Positions 40,879-55,789 of a stretch of DNA of 64,000 bases are shown one piece after another; positions within the stretch are counted from its first letter, which is position 1; each line of letters begins with the position of its first letter. The stretch is from Lama guanicoe (lineage: Eukaryota). The notes under the pieces were generated by a model, which had not been told where the DNA came from, ran no database searches, and saw only the letters and a program-made list of their open reading frames with translations. The stretch is taken from NCBI GenBank assembly GCA_013239625.1, contig MU053810.1, forward strand, positions 6,482,122 to 6,546,121, in the 5' to 3' direction. The translations under genes were made by a program, and so were the position numbers.

Positions 40879-41323
40879 TACCTGGTTCTAGAGTTTATGT
40901 CATTAGCACTCAATGAAGCCAGAAAAAGAAATTCGCAGCTCACCATTTTTGTCTAATGAAGCCTCAGCTACATAAATTTTCTCTTATATCACAGCACCCA
41001 GTGCCGAGCATCAGTCACGTATTAGTTGAACAAAACATGGATGAATAAATAAAAGTGACAATGAAGTCCCTTTTAAGCTTGTTCTTCTGCCAGAAAAATA
41101 ACCCTACTTTCTTTTGTCTTTTACTGCAGAAATGTTTTATTTTAATCTTCAGTCCATTTTCTTTCATTTCCTGATGTGCCTCAAGATGGCAAGGCCAGAA
41201 CTCGGCACAACATTCTGCCGAGGATGTGACCAGTCAGGAACATACTGGAAGAACCACTTTAAGGGGTCAGTGTCACATAAACATGAAGTCCTTCCAAGAC
41301 CACCTTGCAAATTTCCACCTCTA

Positions 41324-41479
<156 letters not shown>

Positions 41480-43059
41480 CTAGTTTCAAAAAGTCATAGG
41501 AAGAGAACTGTGAGAAAAACAGGAGTAGAGTCAAAGAAGCATATTAAAGACTATCAAATACAGAATTTGATTTTGTCAAAGCAAGGTCGGGATAGTTTTT
41601 ACTGGGGTCAGTACCATGTGTTGAAATTTATTATTAGACTGTTTAACGGGAGAAACTGTGATGTTCCTGCTAATCAAATATATCTCTAGTTAATTTCATT
41701 GAAAAGGAATAAATAAAAGGCTATTTCTGTGTGCAACTAAATAAAAAATTAAATTAAAAAAAGCAACTCATTGAGTCATAAATAAGAAAAAACCTTCAAA
41801 GATTTTACGGTAACATTTAATATCTAACATTTAATTCCAGAATCACAGAGCTGGAAACAGTTTTAGACCAGAGCTCTAACTTGAGAGGAAGAAACTAAAG
41901 CTCAGGGAAGTCACAGAGGTGGTTAGTGTAAGATTCAGGACTAGCCTAATGCATACTATCTTCTAGTCCTGCTCATTTCATCCCTTTCTTGGAGAAAAAA
42001 CTACTAGTTCAAAATCCATTAACAGTAAGATGCTTTTAATCAAAAAGTCACTCTTTAAAATGCTTGGATGCACTGAAATTTATTTTATGAAGATTATAAT
42101 CTCCTGGTTATAAATCTTTTTTATTTGACTTGTGGCATGATGAATGAAGAGTAAATAAGTAATTCTTAGAAAAATATACATGTTCCATGACAAGAATAAA
42201 AGCAGCAACAGAACACACTTTATACCATAGTTACGAAATCAGTATGTCTCATTAAAGCAATAGAACAGAAGCATGATTTATAAGGTTAGCAGTATATCAA
42301 ACATGAATAAATTATGAAAGAATAACAGCTACCTGTATTCACCAACCATTTGTTCTCACCCATAAAGGAGAGAGGTGGGAGAGAGACACTTACTATGGGC
42401 CCAGACACGAATCAGGCTGGAGCCTTTCTTTTGCCACCATGAACCCCAACCCATAATAGCAGAGGCCAAAGGACAGACCCATAATTGCAAAGCCCAAAAT
42501 TACTTTGGTACAGCTTAATCTGTGTCTCTCTTCGCTCGGTTTAAATGGTAAGAACTTTCCAACAGGGGATATGAAGACATTCAGCATCAGTTACAGGTGG
42601 GCTTTAGTGCTTCTCAATTTTCCCCCTCCAGTGTATCTAATTCATGGCTTGGAAAGAAACCCTCACTCTCTCCCTCCTCTGCTCAAAGTAATATGAAACA
42701 ATGTAGTTATAATGGGTTTACCAGAAATTAACCGTCAAAGAAGGAAGAGAAACCGCCAAATGAGCAGAGTCCCAGAGACCTTTTGCAAGGTCCCACAGTT
42801 TGTTAGTGTAAGAGCCATGACAAGGACTAGGACTCAGACGCCCTTCCCACACACATCACATCATTTCCATCATGTCACACTCTCATCACATGGGCAAGAG
42901 ATGAGTAACAGGAGAAGCTGCTCTCAATAGAGGTTTGGGTATTATGGGTATTATTCTGATCCCTGCATGCCATGGGAGAGCTACGTCCCAGAAGCTGAAG
43001 ATGCTCCCAAAGTCTAGTTCTCACTCCCAGAGAGAGGAACCTCCTTCACCACATCATGC

Positions 43060-43460
43060 TCTTTTGTTTTAAATTGAAGAGCAGTCAGTTACAATGTGTC
43101 GATTTCTGGTGTACAGAACAATGTCCCAGTCACGCATATACATACATATACTTGTATTCATATTCTTTTTCATTAAAGGTTACTGCAAGATATTGAACAT
43201 AGTTCCCTGTGCTATACAGCAGAAACTTTTAAATCTATTTTTACATATAGTGGCTAACATTTGTAAATCTCAAACTCCCAAATCTATCCCTTCCCACCCT
43301 CTTTCTCCATTAATCATACAATTGTTTACTATGTCTGCAACTCTGTTTCTGTTCTGTGGAAGAGTTCATAGCATCCTTTTTTCTTTTCTTTTTTTTTAGA
43401 TTCCATATATGAGTGATATTATATGGCATTTTTCTTTCTCTTTCTGACTTACTTCACTTA
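43060..43460 (-). mobile_element. L1 3' end
   Basis: ttgaagagcagtcagttacaatgtgtc...gttccctgtgctatacag...ttagattccatatatgagtgat...tctgacttacttcacttag. Confidence 0.9.
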
Positions 43461-44091
43461 GAAAGAAAGATGAGGTGCGTTATCACAATGGCTATTCCAA
43501 AAAAAGCAAAGAAAGATCCCGCTGGGGGCACTGCTGGAAAAGAGGCCATAAGGGCTGAACGTGAAATTCTGTTCTTCACAAGGAATCTCACCCTGATTAT
43601 AAAGGAACACCATTTCTGTTTCGGAAATGTTTAAGTAAACCTGGAAATTAATTTCCCTTCTTTGAAAGAAATTTAATTAAAAATATATTTCTGGTTTGGC
43701 ATAAAAGGAATTCTGCCTGAAGTCCTAAATAAGCTCAGGAAGAAAAGGAGATCTGGTCAAGATGACATTTTAGGATTACGTCTAGACCCATGAGTTTGTA
43801 TTCTGACAACTTTATAAAGTCTAAAATGATCTTAAATCAACTATTGAGCTGTTAAGAGCTGTATTTATTTATACACTTAATTGTATTATATATTTATTCA
43901 TTTATCAAGTATTTATTGGGCCCTATTATACATGTTAAGCATACAAAGACAAGAAAAATCTAACAAGTAGACTTTTAAAAAAAAACAACATTGTCTTCAA
44001 ATTGTAACTGACATTGTGATAAATAAATCAATATAGGTTGCCTACAGACATTTTGCCTGTTTAATACAGATTTTTTTTCAAAAGCTGATTA

Positions 44092-44304
<213 letters not shown>

Positions 44305-45479
44305 TTAATTCACTGGAGAGGAAAAGAACAGAGTTTAATCTACATTTGATTGGTGATATTAAACAGCACACATAGACTCATGGGAAATTATCTAACATTT
44401 TCACTGATACGATGGAAAATACACAGCAGTAACCAAATGTCCTCGGGGTCACAGAAAATTTTACTTTCAATTCTTTTTTGCAAACAGATTAATATGAGTC
44501 TAAAAATGCTTTGTAAGCAGGGCTTTCTATGTTTAATACAGTCCCATATTAATTGTTACTAATTATTTTCAGATTAAAATGAGACACATATTTAAATCAT
44601 TTTGATTTACTGTTTTATACTCATGAATCAAAGAATTTTAGAGTTAACTTTAGAGATGATAAAATTCAACTTCTTCATCAAAGCAAGTCGCACACTTTAA
44701 AATGATTGTATTTTATATTATTGCTCTATGCAAAACTCTGTAATCCCCCAATGCTTTTAGGATGAAATTTCTTTCCCACATCCTACCAGGTCCTTTAATA
44801 TATGGTCCTTGCTTAATGTTCTAGCCTCATATCTCAACACATCTTCCCTCAGACACTACAAACCAGCCACTTGGGATCCCTTAGGTTACTTCTTTCTTGT
44901 TTGAGGATCTTAACATACACAATTTCCTCCCACTTCTGCCTGTGGCTTCTCTGCTAAATTCTAACTCTTACTTATGTTTCCAGATCTTAGTTTAGAGGTC
45001 ATTTCCTCCAGATGGGACCACCCTCCATCCCATCTGGGTTGTATGACCACCTCTGTACTCCAGGGCACTCTGAACCCACCCTGATCTGATACCACTGTAT
45101 GCGCAGCACCTACCACAGGGCTGAAATAGTTGGGAGAATACGGCCAATGAGGCCAAGTGATTTTAAAAAGGAAATTTTATATATAACCTGAGGTAAAATC
45201 TTCCAAGTGGTGCTTTCAACCTTTCGCATTCTCCGTATATTGCATTCAACCATTTGTATAAAATGACTAAGAAAAAAAAAAAAGGAACAGAAAGAGCAAA
45301 CAGAACTTGTGGCAGCCCTCAGAATTTTTAAATTACCTATGCAAAAGCTCACTCTTTTCAATGTTAAAAAGTTGACTGCAGTAGCGCTTGTATGTGTGTG
45401 CATACCCATAGAAGCACATCTCTTAATAAATGTGTTACTATCACATAATACTACTAGCCCATGAAATTGACTTCTCTGA

Positions 45480-46030
45480 CCAGGACTTTCAACCTCATCC
45501 AATCCACCAATCCACTGCTTCCTCACTTTCTTTATATTCATCAGCTCTCTTCAGTCCTCACTCCCTCTTCATTTTCTTCTTCCCCCACATCAATTCTACA
45601 GCTTGAATGATTAGGACTTCCCTGCAAATGCCCTCAGCACGCTTCTGCCTCCCTTTCTCCCCTGGGGCGAAAAAACCAACTCTGGTTAAGCTCTACATCT
45701 TATTCACACCTGCACCTGTAGCTGGAGAAAACCACACAACCATACCGAACGGTTTCACTTTAAATTCAGGATGAAAACTTAGACTCTCCAGCAGCGCCCA
45801 GCAATCCTACCGCACTTCCCAGGTTTGTACATCCCCTTCTCTCTGGAGAGACTATTTCACAGTGATCCTTCTCCTCAAACTTCTCTCTCCACAAAGCCTT
45901 GCCTCTTTGCTGTTCATCCCCTCCCCAAAACTTCCCAACGCCCTCATCGAATAATTAAGTGAAAAAAATGGCAGCAATAATAAACTCCTTAATCTTCGCA
46001 TCTCAAAATCTACTAACCAATGTGCACCAA
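45480..46030 (+). mobile_element. L2 ORF2 remnant
   Basis: cttgcaaatgccctca-like, aaaccaactctggtt...ggagaaaaccacacaacc...ttcactttaaattca motifs. Confidence 0.55.
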
Positions 46031-46070
46031 ACATAAGGAGTTCATTCCACATATTATCAGTAGTTGCTCT

Positions 46071-46227
46071 CTTAAAAAATATATATTCTATTTTATTTAT
46101 TTAATTCTGTTTGTTTGGGGGGGGAGGTAATTAGGTTTGTTTGTTTATCTAATGGAGGTACTGGGGATTGAACCCAGGACCTCAAGCATGCTAAGCATGT
46201 GCTCTACCACTGAGCTATACCCTCCCC
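46071..46227 (-). mobile_element. tRNA-derived camelid SINE (vic-1-like)
   Basis: Reverse complement GGGGAGGGTATAGCTCAGTGGTAGAG...GGGTTCAATCCCCAGTACCTCC; TSD cagtagttgctct / cagtaattgctct. Confidence 0.9.
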
Positions 46228-48159
46228 CAGTAATTGCTCTTTGGCCTCAGTCTTTTTCTTCGGTTCCATCTCATCCTTCATATCTCAGCTTAAACATCAC
46301 AGTCTCAGAAAGGTCTTCCCTGTATATTTTATTCCTTCATCAGAACATAAGCTACAGATGGAAGGGACTTTGTTATTTTTACTACTGTATCCACGGTTCC
46401 CAGAATGACACCTATTGGTATGGTAGATAATTAGGAAATGCTGGCTAAAAGGGCAAATGTTTCTTTATCTGTTAATTCTGACAGCAAAGACCTTATCTAT
46501 CTTGCTCACTTACAAATCTAATAATGCCTAACTCTGTGCCTGGCATATAGTAGATGTTAAACATACAGCTGTTGAATAAATCAATCAACAGTTCTTTAAA
46601 AAAGTTTCTAAATGAGAGAGAGATGTGGATTAGGAGGAGCTGAAAAGAATTAGAAAATCTAAACAAAATAAGGATCATATTCTGATTCATTATATTTAAG
46701 GGGTCATCATCCAGTAAATGGTTATGAATGCCTGCTGAAAATTACATCACTACATAAAAACACACTTATGAATAACTCTTAGAACACTTAATCTTTATGA
46801 AATTTGTGCTTTTGATCCAAAATGCAAAGGAACAAGTAGGAGGTAATCAGTAATAATCATCCACTTTAGTGATTTCACAATCAGTGACAAGATAACTACT
46901 TCTTACATCTATCTACTTGAGTCATGCAAATAAGCATTTATGCCAGCCATATAATGTAAAAGTCAGACCAAAAGACCAAATTAAATCTTGTTAGAAGTCT
47001 GAAAAAGGAGTTTTCAACCAGAAGAAACATTCATTTATGGAATACAGCCTTTCAAGTGGTAATGTTATTGAACACAATTTTAATTTCTGCTATTTTAACT
47101 ACTAGGAATTAACCACTGGTCTTTACATATACGGGCATGAGAATTCGATTAAAAATAACTGAACACCAAATGTGCACAAAGTATTTTAGAGTTTTGGGGA
47201 TACAAAGATAGGTAACTCGTGGATAGGAAAATAAAAATGTAACTATAATATATTATCAAAAGTGTTAATAGAAATATGCATGAAGCGCGATGGTAGTAGC
47301 CCAGGTGAAGAAGCAATTAATTCTGAAGTATCATGAAAAGATACAGAAAATAAGCAGTATTAGAGCTGGACACTGGACAAGAACAAAAATTGGTCTAAAA
47401 TATAATTTCTTCTTTAAATTTCTCAGTAAGACAAATATGTAAAGCAGCGCATCACTATGTGATAAAACAATAAAAAACTATTATCACAGAATGACAAAAG
47501 CACAGGCATTTTAGAAACAGAAAGCTCTTGGACAAATCTCATTTAAGACAAACAAAACTCCCAACAAGTAGGGAAAAAATGAAGCCTAAAGTGACTTCCT
47601 CAAAATTAAACAGTAAAGAATTTCAAGAGTTAGAATTGAAACAAATCTTACAACTTCTAAACTGTACCTTTTGGAATACCCAGTTGTTTATTCTTTAAGA
47701 ATATAAAAAAAGTCACAGTGGGTAAATAATTAATTATTTAATGATTACAGTAAATTGCACTCTACATAGCAATGTTCATTTTTTTCCTAGACCTTTAGCA
47801 GTCATGGAATAAAAAATAATTCTCTAGCTCATAAAACTAAAACATAATTGCTTAAAAATTACTTTTGACACACATTTACTGTATTCTGATATATGTATTT
47901 GTCATAATTCTGAAAAAGTACTTGCAAAGATACCTTTTAGAAATGAAGAATCATCTTTTTGAATTGATGTATTATAGATTAAGCTATTGAGGGTTTTTTT
48001 TTCCATGATAGAAAAGAGACCATAATACAATACAAAACGAACTTACTTCAGGATTGTGACATTCATCTCAGCAATTATTCTGACTGCTTTAATAAGCCTG
48101 AACTTAACTCTTATTTACAAAATAACCAAACGGCCTGCAGGCTCATGCTAAAATACAGC

Positions 48160-48560
48160 AAGGATAATCTCTCATTGGGCTGTCTCTTCTCTATGCCTGG
48201 AATTATCGTTCTCCAAATATCCACATGACTTACACCCTCACTTCCTTCGGCTTACATCAGCCCTCACCTCTCAACAAATCCTACCCTGACCATCCTATTT
48301 ACAATCTCAACCTGTCCTCCTCCACCCTATCCTACCTCCCAACTCTTGGTCCCCCTTACTCTGCTCTATTTTCATAACACTTACTATTTCCTTGCATACC
48401 ATTTCCTGTTTATTAAATTTTATTCATTGTTTTTCTATGCTACTAGAATGTAAGGCCCATGAGGGCTGAAATTTTATCCAAGTTGTTCACTGATGTATCC
48501 CAAAGACTCCAAAGCCATGGCTGGTACTCTATAAGTATTTGTTGAATATTGGAGAGAAAT
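48160..48560 (+). mobile_element. L2 3' end
   Basis: ctagaatgtaaggcccatgaggg...gttcactgatgtatccc...aagtatttgttgaat. Confidence 0.7.
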
Positions 48561-48619
48561 GAACAGAGAACAGAAAACAGGAAACAGAAATTTTCAAATG
48601 GCTTCACCAAAATCCTACA

Positions 48620-50190
48620 TTCATGTATTGGAAGATATTAGAATTAATATGTCAATATGTACTGCCCAAAGCAATCTGTAGATTCAGTGCATTCCCAATT
48701 AAAATCCCAATGAGATTTTTGCATAAATAGGAAAAAAATCCATCCTAAAATCACATGGGACTTCCAGTAACCCAAAGAAATCTGAAAAAGAATAAAGTTG
48801 GAGGTCTCACACTTTCTGCTTTCAAAACTTATTGCAAAACTATAGTAGTTTACTGCCATAAAGACAGACACGTAGACCAATGGAATAAAATGGAGAGCCC
48901 AGAAATAAAACTTTACATATACAGTCAAATAATTTTTGACAACACAGCCAAGACCATTCAATGGGGAAATAAGTCTCTTTAACAAAGGGATGTTGGGAAA
49001 ATTGGATATCCACATGCAAAAGAATGAAATTGAATTTTCATGTTAACACCACATACAAAAGTTAACACAAAATGGATCAAAGATCTAAACAGAAGAGCTA
49101 AAAACTATAAAACTTAGAATAAAATATAGAAGAAAAGCTTCATGACACTGCATTTGGCAATGATTTCTTGGATCTGACACCAAAGCACAGGCAACAGTAA
49201 AATATACATCAATTGGACCTCATAAAAATTAAAAACTCTTGAGCATCAAAAGACACTGTCAACAGAGTGAAAAGACAACCCACAAAATAGAAGAAAATAT
49301 TTGCAAGTCATATACTTGATAAGGAGTCAATATCCAGAATATAAAGAACACCTACAATACAACAAAATAACCTACTTTTAAAAATGGACAGAGGACTTGA
49401 ACAGACATTTGTCCAAAGAATATATATACAAATGGCCAATAAGCATAGAGAATGATGCTCAACATCACTAATCTTAAGAAAACGCAAATCAAAACCTTAA
49501 AGGGATACAACTTTGCACCCATTAGGAGGGCTATTATCAAGCAACGAAAAACAAACATTGCTGAGGGTGTGGAGAAATGGGAACCCTAATGTATCGCTGG
49601 TGGAAATGTCAAATGGTGCAGCTGCTGTGAAACGAGGCGGTGGTTCCTCAAGAAAACACTAAATTACCATACGATCCAGCAATTCTACTTCTGGGGATAT
49701 ATCCAAAATAGTCGAAAACAAGGTCTCAGAGAGATACGTCCGTGGTCATAGCAGTATTATTCACAATAGCTAAAAGGTGGAAGCAACACACATGTCCGTC
49801 AATGGATGAATGGATAAATACATACATACAATGGAACGTGATTCAGCCTTAAAAGGGAGGGAAATTCTGACACATACTACAACATGGAAAAGCCTAGAAG
49901 ACCTTATGCTTTGTGGAAAAAAGCCAGTCATGAAAGGACAAATATTGTATGATTCTGTTTACATATGGTACCCAGAACAGTCAGATTCAGAGACAGACAG
50001 TCCAACTGTGGTTGCTAGGGGAGCCGGGGAAGGGAATGGGAATTATTATTGAACAGGCAGAACTTCTTGTGCAGTTGGATGGTGGTGATCATTGTACAAA
50101 AATGTGAATGTACTTAATGCCACTGAACTGAACATTTTAAAATGGTTAAAAGGGTAAATTGCAAGTCATGTCATTTTACTACAATAAAAA
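48620..50190 (+). mobile_element. L1 ORF2 3' half and 3'UTR (decayed)
   Basis: ORF 48755-48982 LKKNKVGGLTLSAFKTYCKT...KDRHVDQWNKMESPEI...IFD is L1 ORF2; ends acaataaaaa. Confidence 0.93.
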
Positions 50191-50289
50191 TATTATTCAG
50201 GATGTAGTATAGGGAAACAAAGTAATGGAAAACAGGAAAGCCAAACTGAAAGATACGGAAGAGCAGCTGGAATGGTGGGCTTGCTCTCA

Positions 50290-51120
50290 GATCCATGCAT
50301 GAACTTCCATGTCCTGAAACTTGGGGGCTGACATCTCAAAACTGTATTTCCCACGTTCCTTGTCCCACTGGCTTCCTCTCCTGCCTCATTCTGTCAGTGA
50401 GAGTGCCAGGCAGGAGCCAGGATGGCTGGGGGCGGTGTTTTCCCTCTGCTTCCTCTGGTCATGTAGAGCCTCCATCAGCAGCTGTCTCCTTGATTACCCT
50501 GTTCCCACAGGGCAGACCTGCCATGGTCTGGATGGCCTCCGCTTCTCATTCTGGAAAGACTATCTCTTTGTTGTAACTCTGCAGCCTGAGGAGTGATGGC
50601 AGTTTTTTTGCTATTGCTAACTCTTAAGATGGCCTCTTTCTTCCTTCTTTGGCTTTCAGATATCCTAAAACATTTGTAACGAATTCCTCATAAATCTTAG
50701 TCTGTTCAGGCTGCTCCATTATTTTAATAAAAATAAACTGGATGGATTATAAACAACAAACATTTCTTTCTCACAGTTCTAGAGGCCTGGAAATCCCAGA
50801 TCATGGTACTGGGATTGGGTGTTGGGTGTAGGTCCACATTCTAGACGGCTGCCTTTTTGCTGTAACCCCACATGGTGGAAGGCAGGAGCCAGCTCTCTGG
50901 GGTCTTTTACAAGATATTAATCCCATTCATGAGGCTCTGCCCTCATGACCTAATCACTTTCCAAAGACCTCACCTCCCCATACCATTACCTTGGTGATTA
51001 GGACTTCAACATACGAATTTTAGGAGGATACAAGTATTCAGACCATAGCACCATATTAAATTCCCTTTGTTGAACAACTTGATATTAATTCTATTTTCCT
51101 GACTAATTCAGTCTAACACA
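50290..51120 (+). mobile_element. Old MaLR LTR split by a younger MaLR LTR
   Basis: ctcaaaactgtatttccca...tttgtaacgaattcctcata [insert] attaaattccctttgttgaa...ttcctgact...ctaacaca. Confidence 0.55.
50694..51050 (-). mobile_element. MLT1A/MST-type LTR
   Basis: tcttagtctgttcaggctgc...ttctcacagttctagaggc...ccctcatgacctaatcac...attcagaccatagca. Confidence 0.85.
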
Positions 51121-51129
51121 CATCTAATC

Positions 51130-51860
51130 AGTTTGAGAAGGAGAGAATGGAGAAAAGGCAATAGATAATGGCTGAAAATTTCCCAATCAGGTGAAAGGTG
51201 TGAACATTCAAATTTAGGAAGCTCAGTAAATTTTTTAAAAAATCCACCATCAAACACACTGCAATGAAACAAAAGAAAGCCAAAGACAAAAGGAAGCTCT
51301 TAAAACTCTCCAGACAGAAAAGATGTATTACATATGGGAGGAAACAATTAGAATGACTGCTGACGTTTCAATAGAAAACAGTAACATAGTATACCAAAAT
51401 GCTGAAATAGCTGTTAATCTAGAAAAAACCCCACAAAAGTATATTTCATGATCAAAGGCAAATTAAAGATATTTTTCACCAAAATAAATAGAGTTTAACA
51501 ATAACCCCTGAGAAAGAGACCTTTTAAGAAAGAGAAAGAGAATAAAAGCAGAGTGCAGAAAAAATGAAGATAAGAGTTGAAATTAAAGACATTACAGAAA
51601 ACGAATAAAGCTGATTAAAGGATTGATAAATACAATAGTTCTTCAAAGATAATTTTTTTAAATAGATAAGCCCCTGATCAAGAAAAAGACAAGACTGATC
51701 AAGAAAAAAACAAACAAAAGAGATGGTACAGATGAGCAACACTAACAAATTATAGCAGAGACTAAAAAGATCATAAAAGGATAGAATTTTGTAGCAAGAA
51801 ACTTAAAAACTGAGATTAAATGCACAATTGCGTAGAAATAATATTAGAGAGGGAAGAAAT
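51130..51860 (+). mobile_element. Highly decayed old L1 fragment
   Basis: ataatggctgaaaatttccca...aacaattagaatgactgctgac...atagttcttcaaaga. Confidence 0.6.
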
Positions 51861-53611
51861 AGAAAAATAAAAGTTATTTTTTTCTTGCAATATATGCATT
51901 AATGGGCCTTCATTCTTAACACTCAGTTCTTAACTCATATAATAATTGAGGAGAGTATGTAAGTTCTTAAATACCAGAACATCACTCTCTCCAAGTACCT
52001 TTTAATACCTTAGATGTAATGACCAAATTTATCAGTAGAAGGGGCTGGAAACCCAATTTAGGGATAACTGCTTCATAAGCGAACATAAACACATTTTCTT
52101 GTCTAATAAAACACAAGCATTAATCAGCTTAATTGTTAACTTTTCCAAAATCCAGACAGAGAACACCATTTCTCAATGAAAATGCAATCTGCCCATGATA
52201 CAGAAGACCCTAAGAAAAGCAGATGGCTTTACTCAAAACCAAGCAATATTTTAGTACTGTGATTCTCAGTTTTAAAAGCACACATCATACATTTCCTGCA
52301 GATTACTGTTGGAAGGTCCTTCCCTTTATGCAACCACTTCTGCCAAGCTGTTCAAACTGCATTTCATACGGTTTAAGTTAGATTTAAAGGCAGTTCCTAC
52401 CTGTAATGGGAGAGAGATTCTGGAACCGCCAGCAGGGCAGCTACAGAACTTGTCTCTCTCCACAGACAGAGCAGCAAGAAGGACCTCAACAGAGAAGCCA
52501 GGTTACATTACTTTCCTCCTAAAAATCCTTCAGAGTCCATATGCTTACAAGTCCTCCAGATCCTGAATGACCTGGCTCTTTCTGACCTCCCTAAACTCAA
52601 TCCATGTTCTTCTTCACCACTCACAGTGACTTCAGCCTCAGCTGCCTTTTGATAAGTCTTGGAACACTGTAAACTCTTCTCTGCTGTAGGACCTCCCGGA
52701 GCCTCTGCCTACACACTTCCCCAATGGTGCGCATGGCTGGCTTGAACTTCTCTCAGACCCAGTCACATCTCATCAGGAGCACATATAGGTACCGCACCCA
52801 TGAGTGACACTGTCCCTGATGTTAATTTTTTGTATAGGTTAGTCTCCTGGTATGATCATACAAGTAATAAAATAAAGCCTTGCTGGTTAAAAGCAGTCTA
52901 CAGAAAAGTGAGTTTGCCATATAAAACCACCTTCCAGAGACACCAGGCTGAATCACCAAACAAGTTTCAAGTATCTCTTTCACACAGAACTTTAAAACAC
53001 AGACTCACAGAAATCTCTGGTCTCGCTTAACTACAGACTAGATGAACTGGACATCCCCTTCCAGTTTTCCAATAACAGGCAATAAGTATGGTTTAAAGCA
53101 GAACTTGTTCAGTTGTACATATGGTCTGTTTTGAATGAGCCATAACCAATGTTTTGTTCCCTTCAATTTGCTTAACATTTTCTATTTATATACTTCTATC
53201 CATGTACTCTGCTTTCCACCACATATTTTCTCATTCCCTAATTACTGGGATAAAAGTACATGAGTAAACACTGGAACCAAAAGAAAAGAAAAGAAAATGC
53301 TATCATTTCCTAGAAAATGTCTCCATATTTAAAAAGTGACATTAATGAGAACCCCAAAAAACTGTCATCAGAACAATATTTTAAGTTTTAGTACAAACCT
53401 ATAAAACTTCAATATCCACAGCTGTAAAATAGAAGAATGTATGTCTGAACTAATTCTCCGAGTTGATACAAATATCAAATGAGTCCTTTGAGGAAACTAT
53501 GCTTTGTAAATTCTAATTCAGGACTACTCTCCTCTTTTCTTAAGGATGTAAGTTGGGGTATAGTTTTGGCCACACAATAACCTGTTCAAATTAGTAAGGG
53601 ATATTCTCTGA

Positions 53612-53962
53612 GTCAGAAATCACAAACGGAAATGTCCACAAAGGGAAAGGAGGTAAAACACAGGAGGGAAGCACATCTGGATGAAATAAGAGCAGGCAGT
53701 GGAGATGTTTTGTGGCAAAGTGGAGAGTGCGTGCCCCGTCCAAAGTGGGCGGCCACGTCCTGGCTTCAGCAAGCCCAGCCTTGCCCGGCTGTCTCGTTTT
53801 TTCAGAAGTGAGGACTCTGGGAATTTACATAAACTTTATACATTTTAAAACGTTGGTAAATAGTTTTAAAGTATTCAATTATTTCAAAGTACTAAGCTGA
53901 CGCAAATAAACATATCAAATCCAGCCAAATTCAGCCTTTATGCAACCAGCCTACGACTTCTA
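53612..53962 (+). mobile_element. hAT-Charlie MER102-like element
   Basis: cagaaatcacaaac...gtggcaaagtggagagtgcgtgccccgtccaaag...accagcctacgacttcta. Confidence 0.7.
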
Positions 53963-54339
53963 CATGAGGTTTTGTGTTCTTTGTTAAAAATGGCCAATAA
54001 ACAAGACCCTCCCCGTGGCGTAATCACCCTCCGACATCAGGAAAATTGACCCTAGGAGTGGCTAGCATTTTTCTGACTGTTCATCATATGCCAGGTACCT
54101 ATTGGGCTTAGAGTTGTACACACATTATACCATTTAATTTTAATACTCATAAGAAATCCTTTAGAAAAGCATTACTGAAACCCCTATTTTCAGAAAAGAA
54201 GACTGAGGATTGGAGAATTCTTAAGGTCATAATGCTAATAAATGGCAGAGTCAGGAAACAAACCAGGTATACCAGGTTGTTCATGGTGGAAATTTGATGT
54301 TCCGTGATGATTTCAGCTCAAAAGAATGATGCTTCCCAC

Positions 54340-54406
54340 TTGTGGTTCCTGACTTCCTATGTGTCCCCAAAGGGGTAAGGGTTCTTCCATGGTTTAGTTT
54401 GAAAAC
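54340..54406 (-). other. Candidate non-coding 5'UTR exon of MYO3A
   Basis: Acceptor tttcctttag|GTTTTC at 54407 in non-repetitive sequence about 1.4 kb below the CpG island; donor CAA|GTGGGA is weak, so the 3' boundary is uncertain. Confidence 0.25.
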
Positions 54407-55789
54407 CTAAAGGAAACCTTTTTATCCTCTAAGGAATAACTGAGTTTGTTTCTTATTGCCAAGGAAAGGGATTTGTTAGATATAATCTTTGAAATTATCA
54501 ATCCAGGGGAAAAATAGAGCACTGACACTGCAGAAATTATTAAAATAATAAAACAGCAAAACTTTATATAATTTACACTTATAGTCTAAAGTATATTTGC
54601 ACTTTCAAATATTTGTTTATCACACTATTAGTAGCAACTAATGGACTTTCAAACAGTTTAGATTTGACAGATAAAAGTTATTTTTCAAAGAATATTTGCA
54701 CAAAAAAGTAAGCTGTAAAGATACAGTAGAAAAAGAAAAGTGAAGGATGATGCATCTCCTTTTGTGACGTGACCACAATCCCTCCAAACAGATACAATCT
54801 GGTATGAAAGATCACCACACTGAATCTTCCACTTTGCACTTTTTTTGTTCCCAACAATAATAATAAAAACAGACTAAGACAAATGAGAGTAATTTTTCAC
54901 ATCCTAGACATCATATCAATATACTCATAAAGAACAAGCTATCTCTGAAACTTTATACACCTCTAAATTTTCCCATTTGAAAACAATTATCTTTTTATAA
55001 TGTAATAAAAATCAATATGGCATGAATAACACACACCGTCATTTATCTGTCAAAACCTGGCACTTAGGCTCCAGCCAATTCAGAAGCTTGTTGACTTTAT
55101 CACCCACTTTTGGCAAAGCCTGAAAATAATGCATAATAATGTTCAGATATCGTGACCCAGAGTAAGCGTCCAGGCTGCCCCTGTGATCCTGGGCCTGTCA
55201 CGCACAACAAACAAGTGCAGGTGTTACAGGGGTAAGCATCAAGGATCTGGGGAGAGTATGCAGAAGTTGAACTTAGAAGCATTTAGGTAGTACGGCAGGA
55301 CGGTAATTTATTCCTCAGGGTTAGTATTTTTACACAACTAACAAGGAACACTTCACATCCTGTGCTGGTATAAAACAACTCTGAAGTTACTAAATCAATG
55401 AAAAATTTAAAAAAATTTTAAGAGGCTTTAAGAGCACTCATACAATCACCAAGAAAACTGCAGAAACAACAACAAAATCCATGAGGTTTCTTTGGGTTTT
55501 CATAATTTTTCAAAAATCTTTTTAAGATATATTTCAGTGCCATTACAAAGTCTATTTCAAGGCTTAAGTCCAACGATCGTCCTATCAACAATAAAATATT
55601 ATTTGAAAGGTTTTTTTTTTAAAATTTCTACAAGGAAAATTTTAGAAAGGTGCAAACAGAGACTACTACAGAACAGAACAGGGCTGTTGGTGAGCAGGTC
55701 GGAATGACCTCCTCTCTGGGAGGATGTCTCTAACTTTTCTGCACTTTTCCACTCCGTAGAAAGAACACTTTTTAAAACAGAGGCGTTTG

